From Nymphaea colorata (Eukaryota): DNA of 64,000 nucleotides. The notes under the pieces were generated by a model. That model saw only the letters and a program-made list of their open reading frames with translations, searched no databases and was not told the origin of the DNA. Positions 52,174 through 64,000 of this stretch are shown here, piece by piece. Position numbers and translations under genes: made by a program. The first letter of the stretch is position 1. Each line of letters opens with the position of its first letter. The stretch is from positions 30,318,001-30,382,000 of the forward strand of contig NC_045138.2 in assembly GCF_008831285.2 (NCBI RefSeq), read 5' to 3'.

Positions 52174-55100
52174 ACGGAAGCTTAACACCTTGTTAGTCAT
52201 ATTCCAAATTTAGCAGTGTCATGCCTGTTCGTGCATGTGAAAACATGTATACAGAAAAGGAAAGATGTATAGGATAGACAGACAGTTATTGGGAATAAAC
52301 ATCAAGGGGTGTTCAATATTGTAAATGCTTCAGATATTTTTATACTAGATCTTTCTAGAAACTGGGCTGTCAGATTGGATTCCATGCCCACTGGTCATCT
52401 TCAGGCTGTGGCGAGGCTTGTCAAAGAAAAATGTATTGCATGAGCAGAATGTCCATGTCTTGCAATATCTTGACTGTGGAGAGAGGGACATTTCCACTGC
52501 CTCACTGTTAGAGAATCAATATGGAATTGACTCCTTAAGCCACCTGGATTTCTCCACATTGCCAGGTAGTCATTGGGCATTATAGGTAAATTGCTCTTGT
52601 TTTAGGCGTTTAGCCATTGCTTTGTGAGCTTATTGAGTTTTGTTGACTTCAATAGTACTTGGGGTGCTTAATTCCTTTATTACTCATTAGTTAAGAGGAA
52701 ATTTGTATTGAGTTTTGTAGTAACCTAATGTCTTTACTAGTTTACCTAAATTCTTTTCAGACATGGGAAAGCCAAAACTTGCAGCTGAAATTGCAAGACA
52801 GCTCCGTATTTTCCATCAGGTTGAGATACCTGGTTCTAAAGAACCACAGTTGTGGAATGATATCATCAAGTTCTTCAATAGAGGTCCTTTCTTTGCCAAT
52901 GGGAGAGTTCTACCCTGTTTTAGCATCACTGTTTCATAAATAACTTTGATAAACCATTGCATGATGCATACTTTCTTTTCCTCTCCAATTTCTGAAGTAA
53001 GATTTCAAAATGCAGCATGTGATCTCAAGTTTGATGATCAGGAGAAACAAATGAAATATGATACAATTTCCTTCAATAAAATCAGGGACGAGATTAATAA
53101 GCTTGAGGTAACTTTCTTTCTGAATAATCTTACTTGTGCTAATGATATTTTGCTGGTTACTTTTGTTCAAATGTGATTCTTTTTCATTATTCTTGTTGCA
53201 ATCAGGTTTACTGTCTTGAAGATTGTGGATTGATTTTGATTTTATTAGGCAAGATAGAAGTGTAACAGTCTTCGGCATGGTAGAAGGATGCGAATACCTC
53301 AGATAATGGGAAATAATTGTTTGCAGATGCACACTAATGCATGTAGGAAAACCAGATAAAGCTTGTGCCTCTCTCTCTCTCTCTCTCCATATGCATATGC
53401 TTTCACACATGTACACACGCACACACACACTAACATAATGATAATTAAAGGAAACCTAGTTTCTTTTTTTTTTCTTCATAATGTACCTTGTTGAGTTATC
53501 CTTTGCTCCATCAACTCTTTTCTTTTTTAAATTACTATGTTGAAATAACCAAGTGTGTTTAAAAATGAAAAAGTGGACTTTTTTCTTGTAAATGATCGTA
53601 CTTAGTGCAGGAAAAAAACTTGCACATTGGAGATTGGAGATTGGAGAATCGGAGATTGCAAAGGCTGTTTGCATATTATGTACTTCATTTTTTTAATGGC
53701 TGAAGTGGGATCAAATACCTCCTATTTGCTCTTTTTCTCGTTATTGTCTCAATAATTATTCCAAGCACCACTTTAGCTTAATCTTTGCTCAGGATGATTG
53801 ATTTAGTCAAATATTATATGTCTTTATGTATCTATACACAACTCCCTGTTGATTTTTAGTTAACTGATAAAAGGAAAAGATTTATGTGCATAATGAAGGC
53901 TTCCATTATATGAAAGGAAAAGAAACATTTAAATTTCTTTGCAATTCTTACCGAAAAGGAAGCAAAAGTTTTACTTGAGCTTTGTCTAGTCATCTTGGTT
54001 TGAATCATTGTCCCTTTGTTATTCTTGCTACCTGGATTCTTTGTTCTCAAATTTGCAAAATCATCAACATGTGAGGGAAGAGTGAAACAGACATAGAGAT
54101 AAAGGAATGAGGATCCTGTTTAAAGACTAAATTGTGAAGGGGAATCTGGAATTCGGAACCACAACCACGACCAAGTTTCCTTGTTGAGTGAGAACAGCGA
54201 TCTAGTTTGGCTCAGACAGTGGAAGAAGAAAACCACCTGCTTGAACAAAATTGGGAGAAAGAAAAAAGAAAAAAAAAATCAGCTCCTTTTTATCCTTTCA
54301 GTTTGTAACTATGAGATTTTAAGTAATTTAGCAGCATTGGAAAACATTCTAGTTGCAGCAGTCTCAAACTTTTCGAGGAATGATGGTTGTTTCCCTTTTG
54401 TAAACATAGAATGCATAGTCAGTACTTGTATCTTTTATATCTATATTCCTTTTTAATTTAAATATGGCCTATTTTTAACAGGCCTTAACAAACCGTCTAA
54501 ATGCTCCAGTAGTGTTTGCTCATAATGATTTGCTTGCTGGAAACCTGATGCTCAATGAAGATGAAGGTAAGCCGTCAGAACCCAACTGATGGAGGATTTT
54601 ACTAGCTTTTTGTTCTGAGTGATAAATGGTAATTGCTAAGATATGTTATTCCAGCACTCATTCATATTTGAGGACTTTATATATAGTTTTAGCTGTAGCT
54701 ACTTACAAAATTGATGATTTAATTTCAGCCAGCTCAGTAACATCTTCATTGAAAATTTATCCTTCTTAGATGCTTGGATAAATATGAAGTGCACAAGGTT
54801 TAGGGGCATCAAGAAACCTGGATTGAAAACTTGTTAACCGAGTAAACTGAAGCTGCATGAGCAATTTTTAGTCATGTAAGAATGAATTTGTAGAGGATCA
54901 CAGTGAATGAAATAATAGTGAATGAAATAATAGTGATAATATCACTGGAAAGTTTGGGCAACTAAAAGCTGCTTTTATTGTGAAAAAAGAACCGATAAAA
55001 CCATAAAATAAGAGCTGCATGATAACGGACCAACCAAGAAAGAAAAATGGAACATTTAAAATAGAAAGATTGAAATACTATGGAGGATGAAATGTAATAG

Positions 55101-56640
55101 TTGGATGCTAGAATCTTGCTGAGGAGAAGCACAATTAGGTGGCTAACTGGATGGTCAGCTGCTTAGGTAGGCCTAGTGGCCTACCAATCTTAAAATTTGA
55201 GGAAACTATTTATATGTATATTCCCATTCATTTGTAGTTATACACTGTGTCTAATGTCATGCATGCTGGATGATCCATCTCAAATCAATAAGTTTTTTAG
55301 TAATAGTATCTTATTTGATCTTCATTTTCAGTGTTTGAGTGGATTTTATATGATATTTGTGATCTTTCTTTCAGATAAGCTATACTTCATAGATTTTGAG
55401 TATGGATCATACAGCTATCGTGGATATGACATTGCCAATCATTTCAATGAATATGCTGGGTTTGATGGTGACTACAGCCTGTATGTGTCTTTAGACCTGT
55501 TCATCTTCATCTAACAAGCATTTGCATCCAAAATAACGCTTCAATTTTCCATTTGATGTAGGTACCCAGACAAAGGTTCACAGTACCATTTCTTCCGCCA
55601 TTATTTATTTCCTGACAAACCAAATGAGGTATGCCTTAATAGTTGGCTTGTTCTTACATTGGAGGCTCTGCATTTTCTTTTTGTATTTTCGTCCTATATA
55701 TGTGCAGCCCCAAGTTCTTCTAATTGGTTTGCCTATTTCTCTTCTTACGATTGGATAACATGCACCTGATGTGACCCTGAATGTGTCAGACAAAGGTAGA
55801 CAGTCATATTTGCTGGAGGAAAACTTGGAGCTATAAAAAAAAAGGGGGCTATAAAATGAAGTGGACTAAGAGTGAATAAATATGCACCTTCGTTCCCTTA
55901 ATCAAATAAAGAAAATTTTAGAAGACATGACTGCATCCAAGGCCTCCATAATATTGTAGTTAATGTCATATTATTTCTTTTAGTTACGTAAAACTGCTCG
56001 TAGTTATTGTATCCAGACATCAAAAAGCAAAAGATTATGTTGTTGCAGGCACTTGCCTCGATTTATTGAGATGTGCTTCCCCAAAAGCTTGATTTCCAGG
56101 CCTTTTCAAATTGCCAAATTTATAGTTGTTAGATGCTAAGTTCCTCAAACTCGAACCTTCATTATTTTCTCTTGCATCGGAGTCAAAGTAAAATGTGTTA
56201 AAAAGTACTAGATTAATCACAAGTAGAAAAGAATTGGTACTTTGCATTTTAAGTTTCAATCTTACATTTTAACTTTATACAACACTTTCCAAGTATTGCA
56301 ACTAATGGGGCTTGTTAATATACAGGCGTCTGATGAAGATCTAGAGGCTCTTTACGTTGAAACAAATTCTTATGCCTTAGCTTCACACCTTTACTGGGCA
56401 TTGTGGGCACTAATCCAGGTAACTTTAGCCTCCCGTTTTCTTGGTTGATGACCTTTTTCTTGGCACATTTGTAGATTCCACTGCCAAGAAGTAGCGGATT
56501 TATCAAATTTTTCTGACTGACAGGCGAAGATGTCTCCCATAGATTTTGATTACCTAGGGTACTTCTTCCTGCGGTACAACGAGTATGAAAAGAACAAGGA
56601 AGCTTCTTTCTCGCTAGCACATGCGTATCTTTCATCTTGA
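49039..56640 (+). CDS. Ethanolamine/choline kinase (CEK4-like), 11 exons, ~378 aa
   Basis: Exons 49039-49187, 49319-49410, 51448-51554, 51671-51776, 52761-52883, 53016-53107, 54482-54566, 55375-55480, 55562-55628, 56326-56418, 56524-56640, phases consistent. Motifs SGGITNLL, VRIYG, Brenner motif FAHNDLLAGN, choline-kinase motif YFIDFEYGSYSYRGYDIANHFNE, ASHLYWALWALIQ, IDFDYLGY. Confidence 0.95.
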
Positions 56641-57832
56641 TTGGTTTAGTTGATCAGAGACGTGTCTTGGGTGGTTGTCAGGTTCGTATCATGCATTTCA
56701 ATCTTCAGGCAGGAGATGGGAATGGTTTCGGCCCATCTTTCCTCCTCGAAATTTTCTCTTCCCCTTGTGTATTTGATCAGTTGTATTTAGTAGCCGTTCG
56801 TTTGGTTGTTATGATAAAGCTTAGGCTCAATCTCCTGGTTTGATAAATTTTAAATAGAAAAAATTCTAATCTACTGCCACTGTTTGAAGATTGGATGATG
56901 ATGATATTGCTATGGCGCCTTTCAACTTGCTGCCAGAACAGTCTGGGCTTCACAATGGCCCGTATGGGAAGGGAAATGTACAGCCTCACTTCATTGATTT
57001 GCAGGAGAGTTTTGCCAACTATAAGCTGTTCGCTTTTGAAGCTGAAAGCTTGTTCTTCATCCATTTAAACTTGTTTTTGTAAGCTATATGACGTCATGAT
57101 CGGCCATTTATCCATTGGATTTTTATTGGAAAATACTAGTTTAGTGGCATCAGGAACTCTCTCTCCCTCCATGAATTCTCTCTCTCGCGCGCCAGTGCCA
57201 AGGATGTGAATGGGTCAGATCTGGATAAAAGTTCAGGTAAGCATGTCAGGTTTCTCCAAACCTTCCATGGAGAACGAGTTACCCGGATTTAGTTAGAATT
57301 CCTACAGTCTACAGAAGATTGAAGTGCATAGACATGCATGCGCGCGCACGAGAGAGAGAAACAGAGAGAGAGGTATTATTAATCTATATTATTAAAAAAT
57401 CTCAAGATCATTAAGATATACGGACGGAACAGTTGCCTCAGCCCAACCCATTCTCAAAGACAGGATGAATTCACATGGAGACTGAGGATTCTTCGAAACC
57501 AAGAATCTAAATCTGCCACCAGCTTCACAAAAGTAAATAAATGGAAAATTGGATTTGAGGCTCGGAAGAATACTGATTAATCCTAAAATAAGAAAGTCGC
57601 ACCATTAAATTTAATCATATAAGGTAGAAAAAGAAAAAGAAAATTATACTTCAGCCATACTCTCATAAGCTTCTCTCCATGATTTACAGCTTAACTGCAT
57701 GGATAGATTAGTCACTTGTCAGTCTGTCTTCTATGCTCACACGTCAGAATCTGTACTCAAGAACTAACGAGAAAATAGGGAACAAGTTGGATGCTAACCT
57801 TAGACAATGGTTGTTTTGCACGCGCTGAGACA

Positions 57833-59313
57833 TCAATCTGATTGTACTTTCTCAGTTTCTAAAAGACGTTGCAACCATATCAAACCAAGGTCACATCCTG
57901 CTTTTGCAGCTATCTCAAACTGCCTCTTGGCCAGTTCAATAGGATCAGCATCATCGATCTTAGTGTTCTTGCTTGGGCCAACCCTCTTTAGGGAGAGTTT
58001 GTTAATCGAATCAGGAACCTTTGCACCTGCAAGTTGTCGAAAGAAGCATTTTTAAATAGCGGACAATATTTTGGCCTAATGGCAAGAGATTGTGTACCTT
58101 TTAGAAGAAGTGACCCATATGCTATTGCAGCCCCAGCATGTCCCTGGAAAATTTCTATACAGTAAATACCAATCTCGATGAATTCATTTCTAATCTTAAC
58201 TGTATGTTGAACTGGATAAGCCATCAACAACTGTGAACCAATCGGCATGCAACTAATATAAGGTTGACGCTTAGCTTAGACAAACACATCGCAACAAAAA
58301 AGCTTTAACATGAAATATTGCCTATAGCTTTTCAACTTGATACAACATGCACTGATGAGATTTGCTTGGAGTCCAGACTTCAGAATGAGGAAAGCTAGGT
58401 CATTTCATTTCACTAATATTCTCCAAACCTACATTTCAGCTGCTAGTAGACAATGTCAAAATCTCAGTCCAATCACTATAAATCGTTTCAACTGGAGAAC
58501 AAGCCTGCCCCCATCCCAAGGTGTGAGACTATAAACTCTTTCAGTGGCATGTTCATAACGACAGAAAAGATGACTAACTACACCCATGTTGAACAACTAA
58601 AAAAGTAAAAAGTGACTAAAAAGAAAAATACAGAATTTGGAATTGCTACTGATTAATAAAAAAATTCATGTGTACTGTTTTAAATGGTTAAATACATCGT
58701 AGAAAAGTAAAAAATGACTAAAAAGAAAAGTACAAAATTTGGAATTGCTATTGATGAATAAAAGAATTCAGGTGCACTGTTTGAAATGGTTAAACGCATT
58801 GTAGAAAGACCTACTGCCTCTGTAACATGGGATCTTTAAGGAGGTCGCTGCACCTGTGTTATACCTGCACAGGGTGCTGCTCTGACTCACCAAATAATTG
58901 TCAACTATAAAAAGTGCAATAAAATTATATATATGCACATAGACTTGAGTTTGACTGAAGTTTGGCATTGTCAAGTGAGCCATGAACTCATAATTCACAT
59001 GTTTAGTCTCATAAACGATTTATTTTATGCTTTAGATGTGTGTGTGAGAGAGACTGCGTGTGTGTGTATATTATGGGCTATGTGCACGTTATAATAGCTT
59101 GGAGAAAAAATAGAGCAATGAAACAACATCAATGAGCAGCAACTCTTTTGCGTCTGAGATAGGCGTTGTCACATGGATGCAGACACAGGAATGGAAAAAA
59201 TTGGGTGCAGTGTATATATGTTCTACTCATGTCCTTGATACTCTCTCTCCTCATTCATTGCTCACCGTTGTGTAAGAAGAAAGTAGTATGAAAAAAGGAA
59301 GGGAAAGGAATAC

Positions 59314-59346
<33 letters not shown>

Positions 59347-61109
59347 GAGATTAAATTGATGCAGACATTGTTGACATATCATAGCAGTTCTCCTGTGATC
59401 CAGAATCAGGAAAGCCATATCAGTTTAAGAGATATAACAGAACATTTGCAAATCCAGAATGCATATGCAATACCCCGAGGTGTAAAAACAATTAAAATTA
59501 CCTTCTCTGATGCTCTATGGAAGCACCAAATAGCCAAATCAATATCTTTCTTGACCCATTCGCCAGTCAAATGCATAATTCCTAGAAGATACAAGGCACC
59601 TGGATGTAACTGAAAAGCAGGATTTGTCATAAACATAGCAGCAGTGGATGTGATTCAGGACTTGGCTGTACACCATGCATGTGTATGTGCTGCAGATAAA
59701 AGCCCTATGGCCGCTAAACTTTCTGACTTCATTATGTATCTACTACCTTTCAACTTCAAAATATTCTACAGGCGTAACATATATCTAAGCAACACAGCTA
59801 CCTGATCAACAGCCTTTTCCAGGTAACAGAAAGCTTGTTGCTCTGCCCGAATGATGTCATGCTGCCTTAAGAAATAAACAAGCAACCAAAACAAAGAAAA
59901 TGTTATTGATTGAAAACGAGCATTCAAATAATAGACCAATGCAGAAACGTCAAATAAAAGCATAGAATATAAACCAGAACTATCTATTAAACTAAGCATG
60001 TCCCAGAACTAACACCCCAACAGCCAATAAGTGCCACACTCTTCCCTTTTACCAACAATGTTATCTGTATTACATTGCAACACAGTGTTAGAATAGAAAT
60101 AACAAGCGCTACCCTCTTCCCTTCTTGAAATACCAACAATGTAATCTGCATCCGAATGCACCACCTACTTTTCTACATCTCATGGAAGGACACAATATTT
60201 CAATCTTATAAGAAGGATATTCACCCTTATGCTTGGCAGACAACTCAAGGCTTCAAATCCAACAGATTGAGATAGATGAGAAAAGAAGGTCTATCCTATG
60301 CACTTGATGGAAGGAGACTGCTTTTATCCCAGATCCAGGCTGGTTATAAATGATTCTGAAGTAGTGTGCAGGTTTCCTTTTATTTCATTAAAGGATAAAA
60401 GCATATGGATATGAAATCTGAAACAGCATGGAATTCTTCTGTGCTGGGGTGACTCAGGTAAACTTAGATTTTCTTTTCCCAGAAAAATTGAATTTGGAAG
60501 ACCGGCTAAGACAGGTAGGCCCCTGGGTTCGGTGATCACGAAACAGAAGGGAATGAATGAACGCCACTGCTGAAGGAAGAGGAAACAGTAAGCAATATCT
60601 TCCTAGTTTTGGCAGGCATTTGTGCAAGATAGACCAAGTCTGATTGGTCCTCCATGGAAGTAGGTGCTCTTTGTTTGTTCTACTGCAATTCAGCAAGGAG
60701 ATAGTGCTGGACCAGCTATCAGGCAGCTAGAACCAGATATGCTATTTTAAAAATGATATAAAATTGATCTATAAATAGGCGATAAAGGTAGAGGCACAAC
60801 ACAATCTACAGGAAGTTTACATCGGGTGGAGGAAGCCCACACCTCATTGTCTAGCTATGAAGTGGACTAATTAAAAAGTCAAAATTACTACCACTGTAGT
60901 TCACCAATATATATAGGGACGTTGATTTGGTGACACCTGTTAATATTTACTGAAGATAGAGTGACAAACACATAAAATGCTCAATCTATCTTAACAAGGG
61001 CAGATCAATAATACCCATGATTCTAGATTGTCTCACATGATTTCCCCATATGGAAACTGTTAATACACAATAAATGATTGAAGACCACAAATATATTAGA
61101 TACATTGGT

Positions 61110-61155
<46 letters not shown>

Positions 61156-62451
61156 TCTCAGCAAAAAGAAGATATCTCTCTCGCAGAGAGGAAAAAGAGT
61201 TAAGGAAAATGGTTTCACTAAAAATAGCAATAAAGAAGAGATGGAAAAGGAAAACCAATGTTTATAAGACGACAAGATCAACTACAAGTCTAAAACCAAG
61301 GTTGGCAGCAAACAACCAAAGAAGAAGTCAAACAATGGTCATTTAATCACAAAGTGACACATTTTGCCCACAACAATAAACAAGCGCAAAGAAACAGTCA
61401 GAAATAATGTTCTTGGGGAATCTTGCAAGGGAAAATCAGGTGATATTTTAAATTTATGGTCTACTGGGAAACTCGCCATACAGTTGTCAGCATGCATAAG
61501 ATGTACAAAATATCAATAAAAAAAATGACATAAAAAAGGGTTTTTGTCATGTTAAGGACATGTTCATGTTTTGTCTTGTTCAAAATATCTCATCTATGTG
61601 TTGATATTTGTGGCTTTTTAAAACCCAGGTTGCCATCAAAAGAAAACAGAACTCAAACTATGTAGCATATGTTTTCTTATACAGACATGCAAATTTTCAT
61701 TTTACCAACCGTAGACAGCATAGTCAACATAGGAACATAATGTATCATAGCACCAGTAGTATCTGTACAGTGCACACCTCTGAATTTAATCTTGAAGTAT
61801 GTAAAGAATTATGTGCTGCAGTTTAATATTCAGAATGCTAAGGTTCATGAACATTAACATACACCATGTTTATAATCATTGGGCTTCACAGTCTAGATAT
61901 TATGGGTAAATAGTAGTTTGCAATGCAAGTGTATCATGCCATAGGAGATTAATATGGTCACTGGAAAGGCTCGATATTGAGGTAAAGGTGGTCAAAGGAA
62001 ACAGTAATCAGTTTATCCGAAGTAGATCAGTGAACAAATTAGTAAACCTCCATATCACTTTTCGGTGAAATATTTGTTAAGTTACAAGCTTAAGAACAGA
62101 ATTAATAACAAAAAAAAAAAAACTGGAAAGAATTAACCTTTGCTCGTAAGCGACAAACAAGCTCATACTGTGCATCAGCATCACCCATGTCTGCAGCTTC
62201 CACAAGCAAAGCAGCACCTCTTTGAAGAAAGAAAACACAATATGTATTATGTGCATTAGCAACTGGCACTTGCGATATAGAGATATTCTGTTACTGTAAA
62301 CAACTCTTGGCTCTTGTTTGTAAGAACAATTTTCCTCACGATTAAGTTCAAAACCAGCATAGGCTAGCAACCAACTACCATTAAAATGAACACGTATCCA
62401 GATTATAAAAGCTAATTTTTACTTTGAAAAATTCATTTTAACACCAGAAAA

Positions 62452-62514
<63 letters not shown>

Positions 62515-62751
62515 GGTATTGCTTCCAATCAAAAGAATTAGTTTTGTATACACGCTTAACGATGAACATCTCATGGGATATCAAACTGTAGGAAAATTCA
62601 AAAAGAACATACCGCATGAAGCAGGGAGCACTTACATGGCTTTACAGGCACCAGGAACATGGTACTTGAGGTGTAATCTAGATAGCCAATATCGAGCATG
62701 TGTATTCAAATTATCTGCCTCCAAAGCCAGCTCAAAATTCTCCTTTGCAGT
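57833..62751 (-). CDS. Sel1-like (HCP/TPR-type) repeat protein, last 6 exons (201 aa); 5' exon(s) lie beyond the window end
   Basis: Minus-strand exons 62751-62636, 62219-62138, 59861-59802, 59609-59502, 58143-58098, 58026-57833, phases consistent. Translation [59 protein letters not shown]...[21 protein letters not shown]...[21 protein letters not shown]...[13 protein letters not shown] shows Sel1 repeat motifs. Confidence 0.9.
58600..58806. repeat. Tandem duplication (~103 bp x2) in a Sel1-gene intron
   Basis: AAAAGTAAAAA.TGACTAAAAAGAAAA.TACA.AATTTGGAATTGCTA...AAATGGTTAAA..CAT.GTAGA repeated. Confidence 0.9.
61111..61150. repeat. (GA)n microsatellite
   Basis: Direct observation. Confidence 0.95.
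62454..62511. repeat. (TA)n microsatellite
   Basis: Direct observation. Confidence 0.95.
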
Positions 62752-64000
62752 CTATGTCAACAAATAACAATATGAGCTATATGTTTCTCTCTGCCATCTA
62801 AAAACAGAATAATGCAAAGCTTCTTGAGATGAAATATCTGTGAATTTGTGTTACTTCATAGGAGTTGGAGTCTTGGTGTCAAAATTGTAAGTCAGACTCA
62901 GGTTGGTCAGGCAATAAAAGATTAGACGAGACTAGTAGGTTTGAGGCAGTCTATGTCGTTTGGCTAAATAAATTAAAAAGTAGCCATATAAAGACGGAAA
63001 TCTAATTGAAAAAAATAATAAAAGACAAACATTATCAAGAATCATCGTAACTGCATAGTTCAACAATCTCATAATAGTGCCACACAATGAAATTTAAGTA
63101 TCCAATGTTTCTCAAGATCATATATAACCTAATACAAATACGAAGGAACATACATAAACAATCATATATACATACATAAGCATATATATAAGAAAAAACA
63201 TATAAAAGCATGTCACACAGACAATGTACATGTGTACATACTATATACATACATGTACACACAACATGTGTGTGTGTGTGTGTGTGTGCCTGTAAACTGT
63301 AAAGCTATAGAGCACAGAAACTTTACATAAAGCTTTATGTTATAGAGCAGAAGAATATATAATAGAGCTTCACATTCATAATACAAAAAATAAGACAGAA
63401 TACAGACTTAGATTTGACGCTTCTCTAGAGAGAGAAAATCCCAAAACAATAGGAGGCTGGAGATGTTGATTTATAGGTTTATAGTTTATACAGAAGGAAA
63501 AATCCAAAAGAAATGAATTTTTATCTAAAACAACAACTACAATTATCGATTAAAAAAAACATTATCAAAAATCACATTTAATATTTTAGAAAGGCATTTT
63601 TTTTATTTTTCAGAAGGGCTCATGTTAACTACTAGTTGGTCAACGACTAGAAAATGACTAGTTGACAAAACGACCAATTAATCCCTCAAATTAAACTAGC
63701 TTCCTTTGATGGAGGGAGTAGTTGGCTGACTGGCACCTAGCCACACTGCTCTAGTCAGACCAACTAGTCCCTAGTTTCACAACTAAGCTTGGCAGAGCAA
63801 ACTCACAAAGATATATTTCATTACAACAGAGGCTGAAAGCAGATCCTGGAGCACATGCAAATTCAATATTAGCAAATGACAATGGACATGTTGATCCTGC
63901 TATTGAACTATTGAAGCCCATGTGGGTGTAGCCAATTGATGGTAAACTACTTGATGATAAACTGTCTATAAATAGTTGGTTGGAAGTATTATTTACGTGA

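Noticed and set aside
60142..60154. TAATCTGCATCC matching the 5' part of miR2111 as I recall it
   Set aside because: Only 12 nt match, no fold-back partner seen, and it is part of a local direct duplication.

Overview
Gene-rich euchromatic region of a flowering-plant nuclear genome: AT-rich, spliceosomal GT-AG introns, microsatellites, MITEs. The species cannot be fixed from sequence alone. I assembled six intron-containing genes by hand with phase-consistent splice sites: a BT1/Brittle-1-type adenine nucleotide carrier (+), Mediator subunit MED17 (+), a TMEM128-like membrane protein (+), an At1g55270-like F-box/kelch protein (+), an ethanolamine/choline kinase (+) and the 3' six exons of a Sel1-repeat protein (-, 5' end outside the window). 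Non-genic DNA holds several hAT-type MITEs with 8-bp TSDs, Tourist-like hairpins, a degenerate TRIM retroelement, many short tandem duplications and probable decayed gene relics (NLR-type LRR, PMEI-like). No CRISPR, rRNA or intact tRNA was seen, and no new multi-gene system is evident. The best leads are a 7-Trp micro-uORF (MWWWWCWWWRRK) ahead of the F-box/kelch gene, a duplicated N-terminal segment with staggered in-frame starts in BT1, and the intronic TRIM. Family assignments rest on my recollection of motifs, not database searches.
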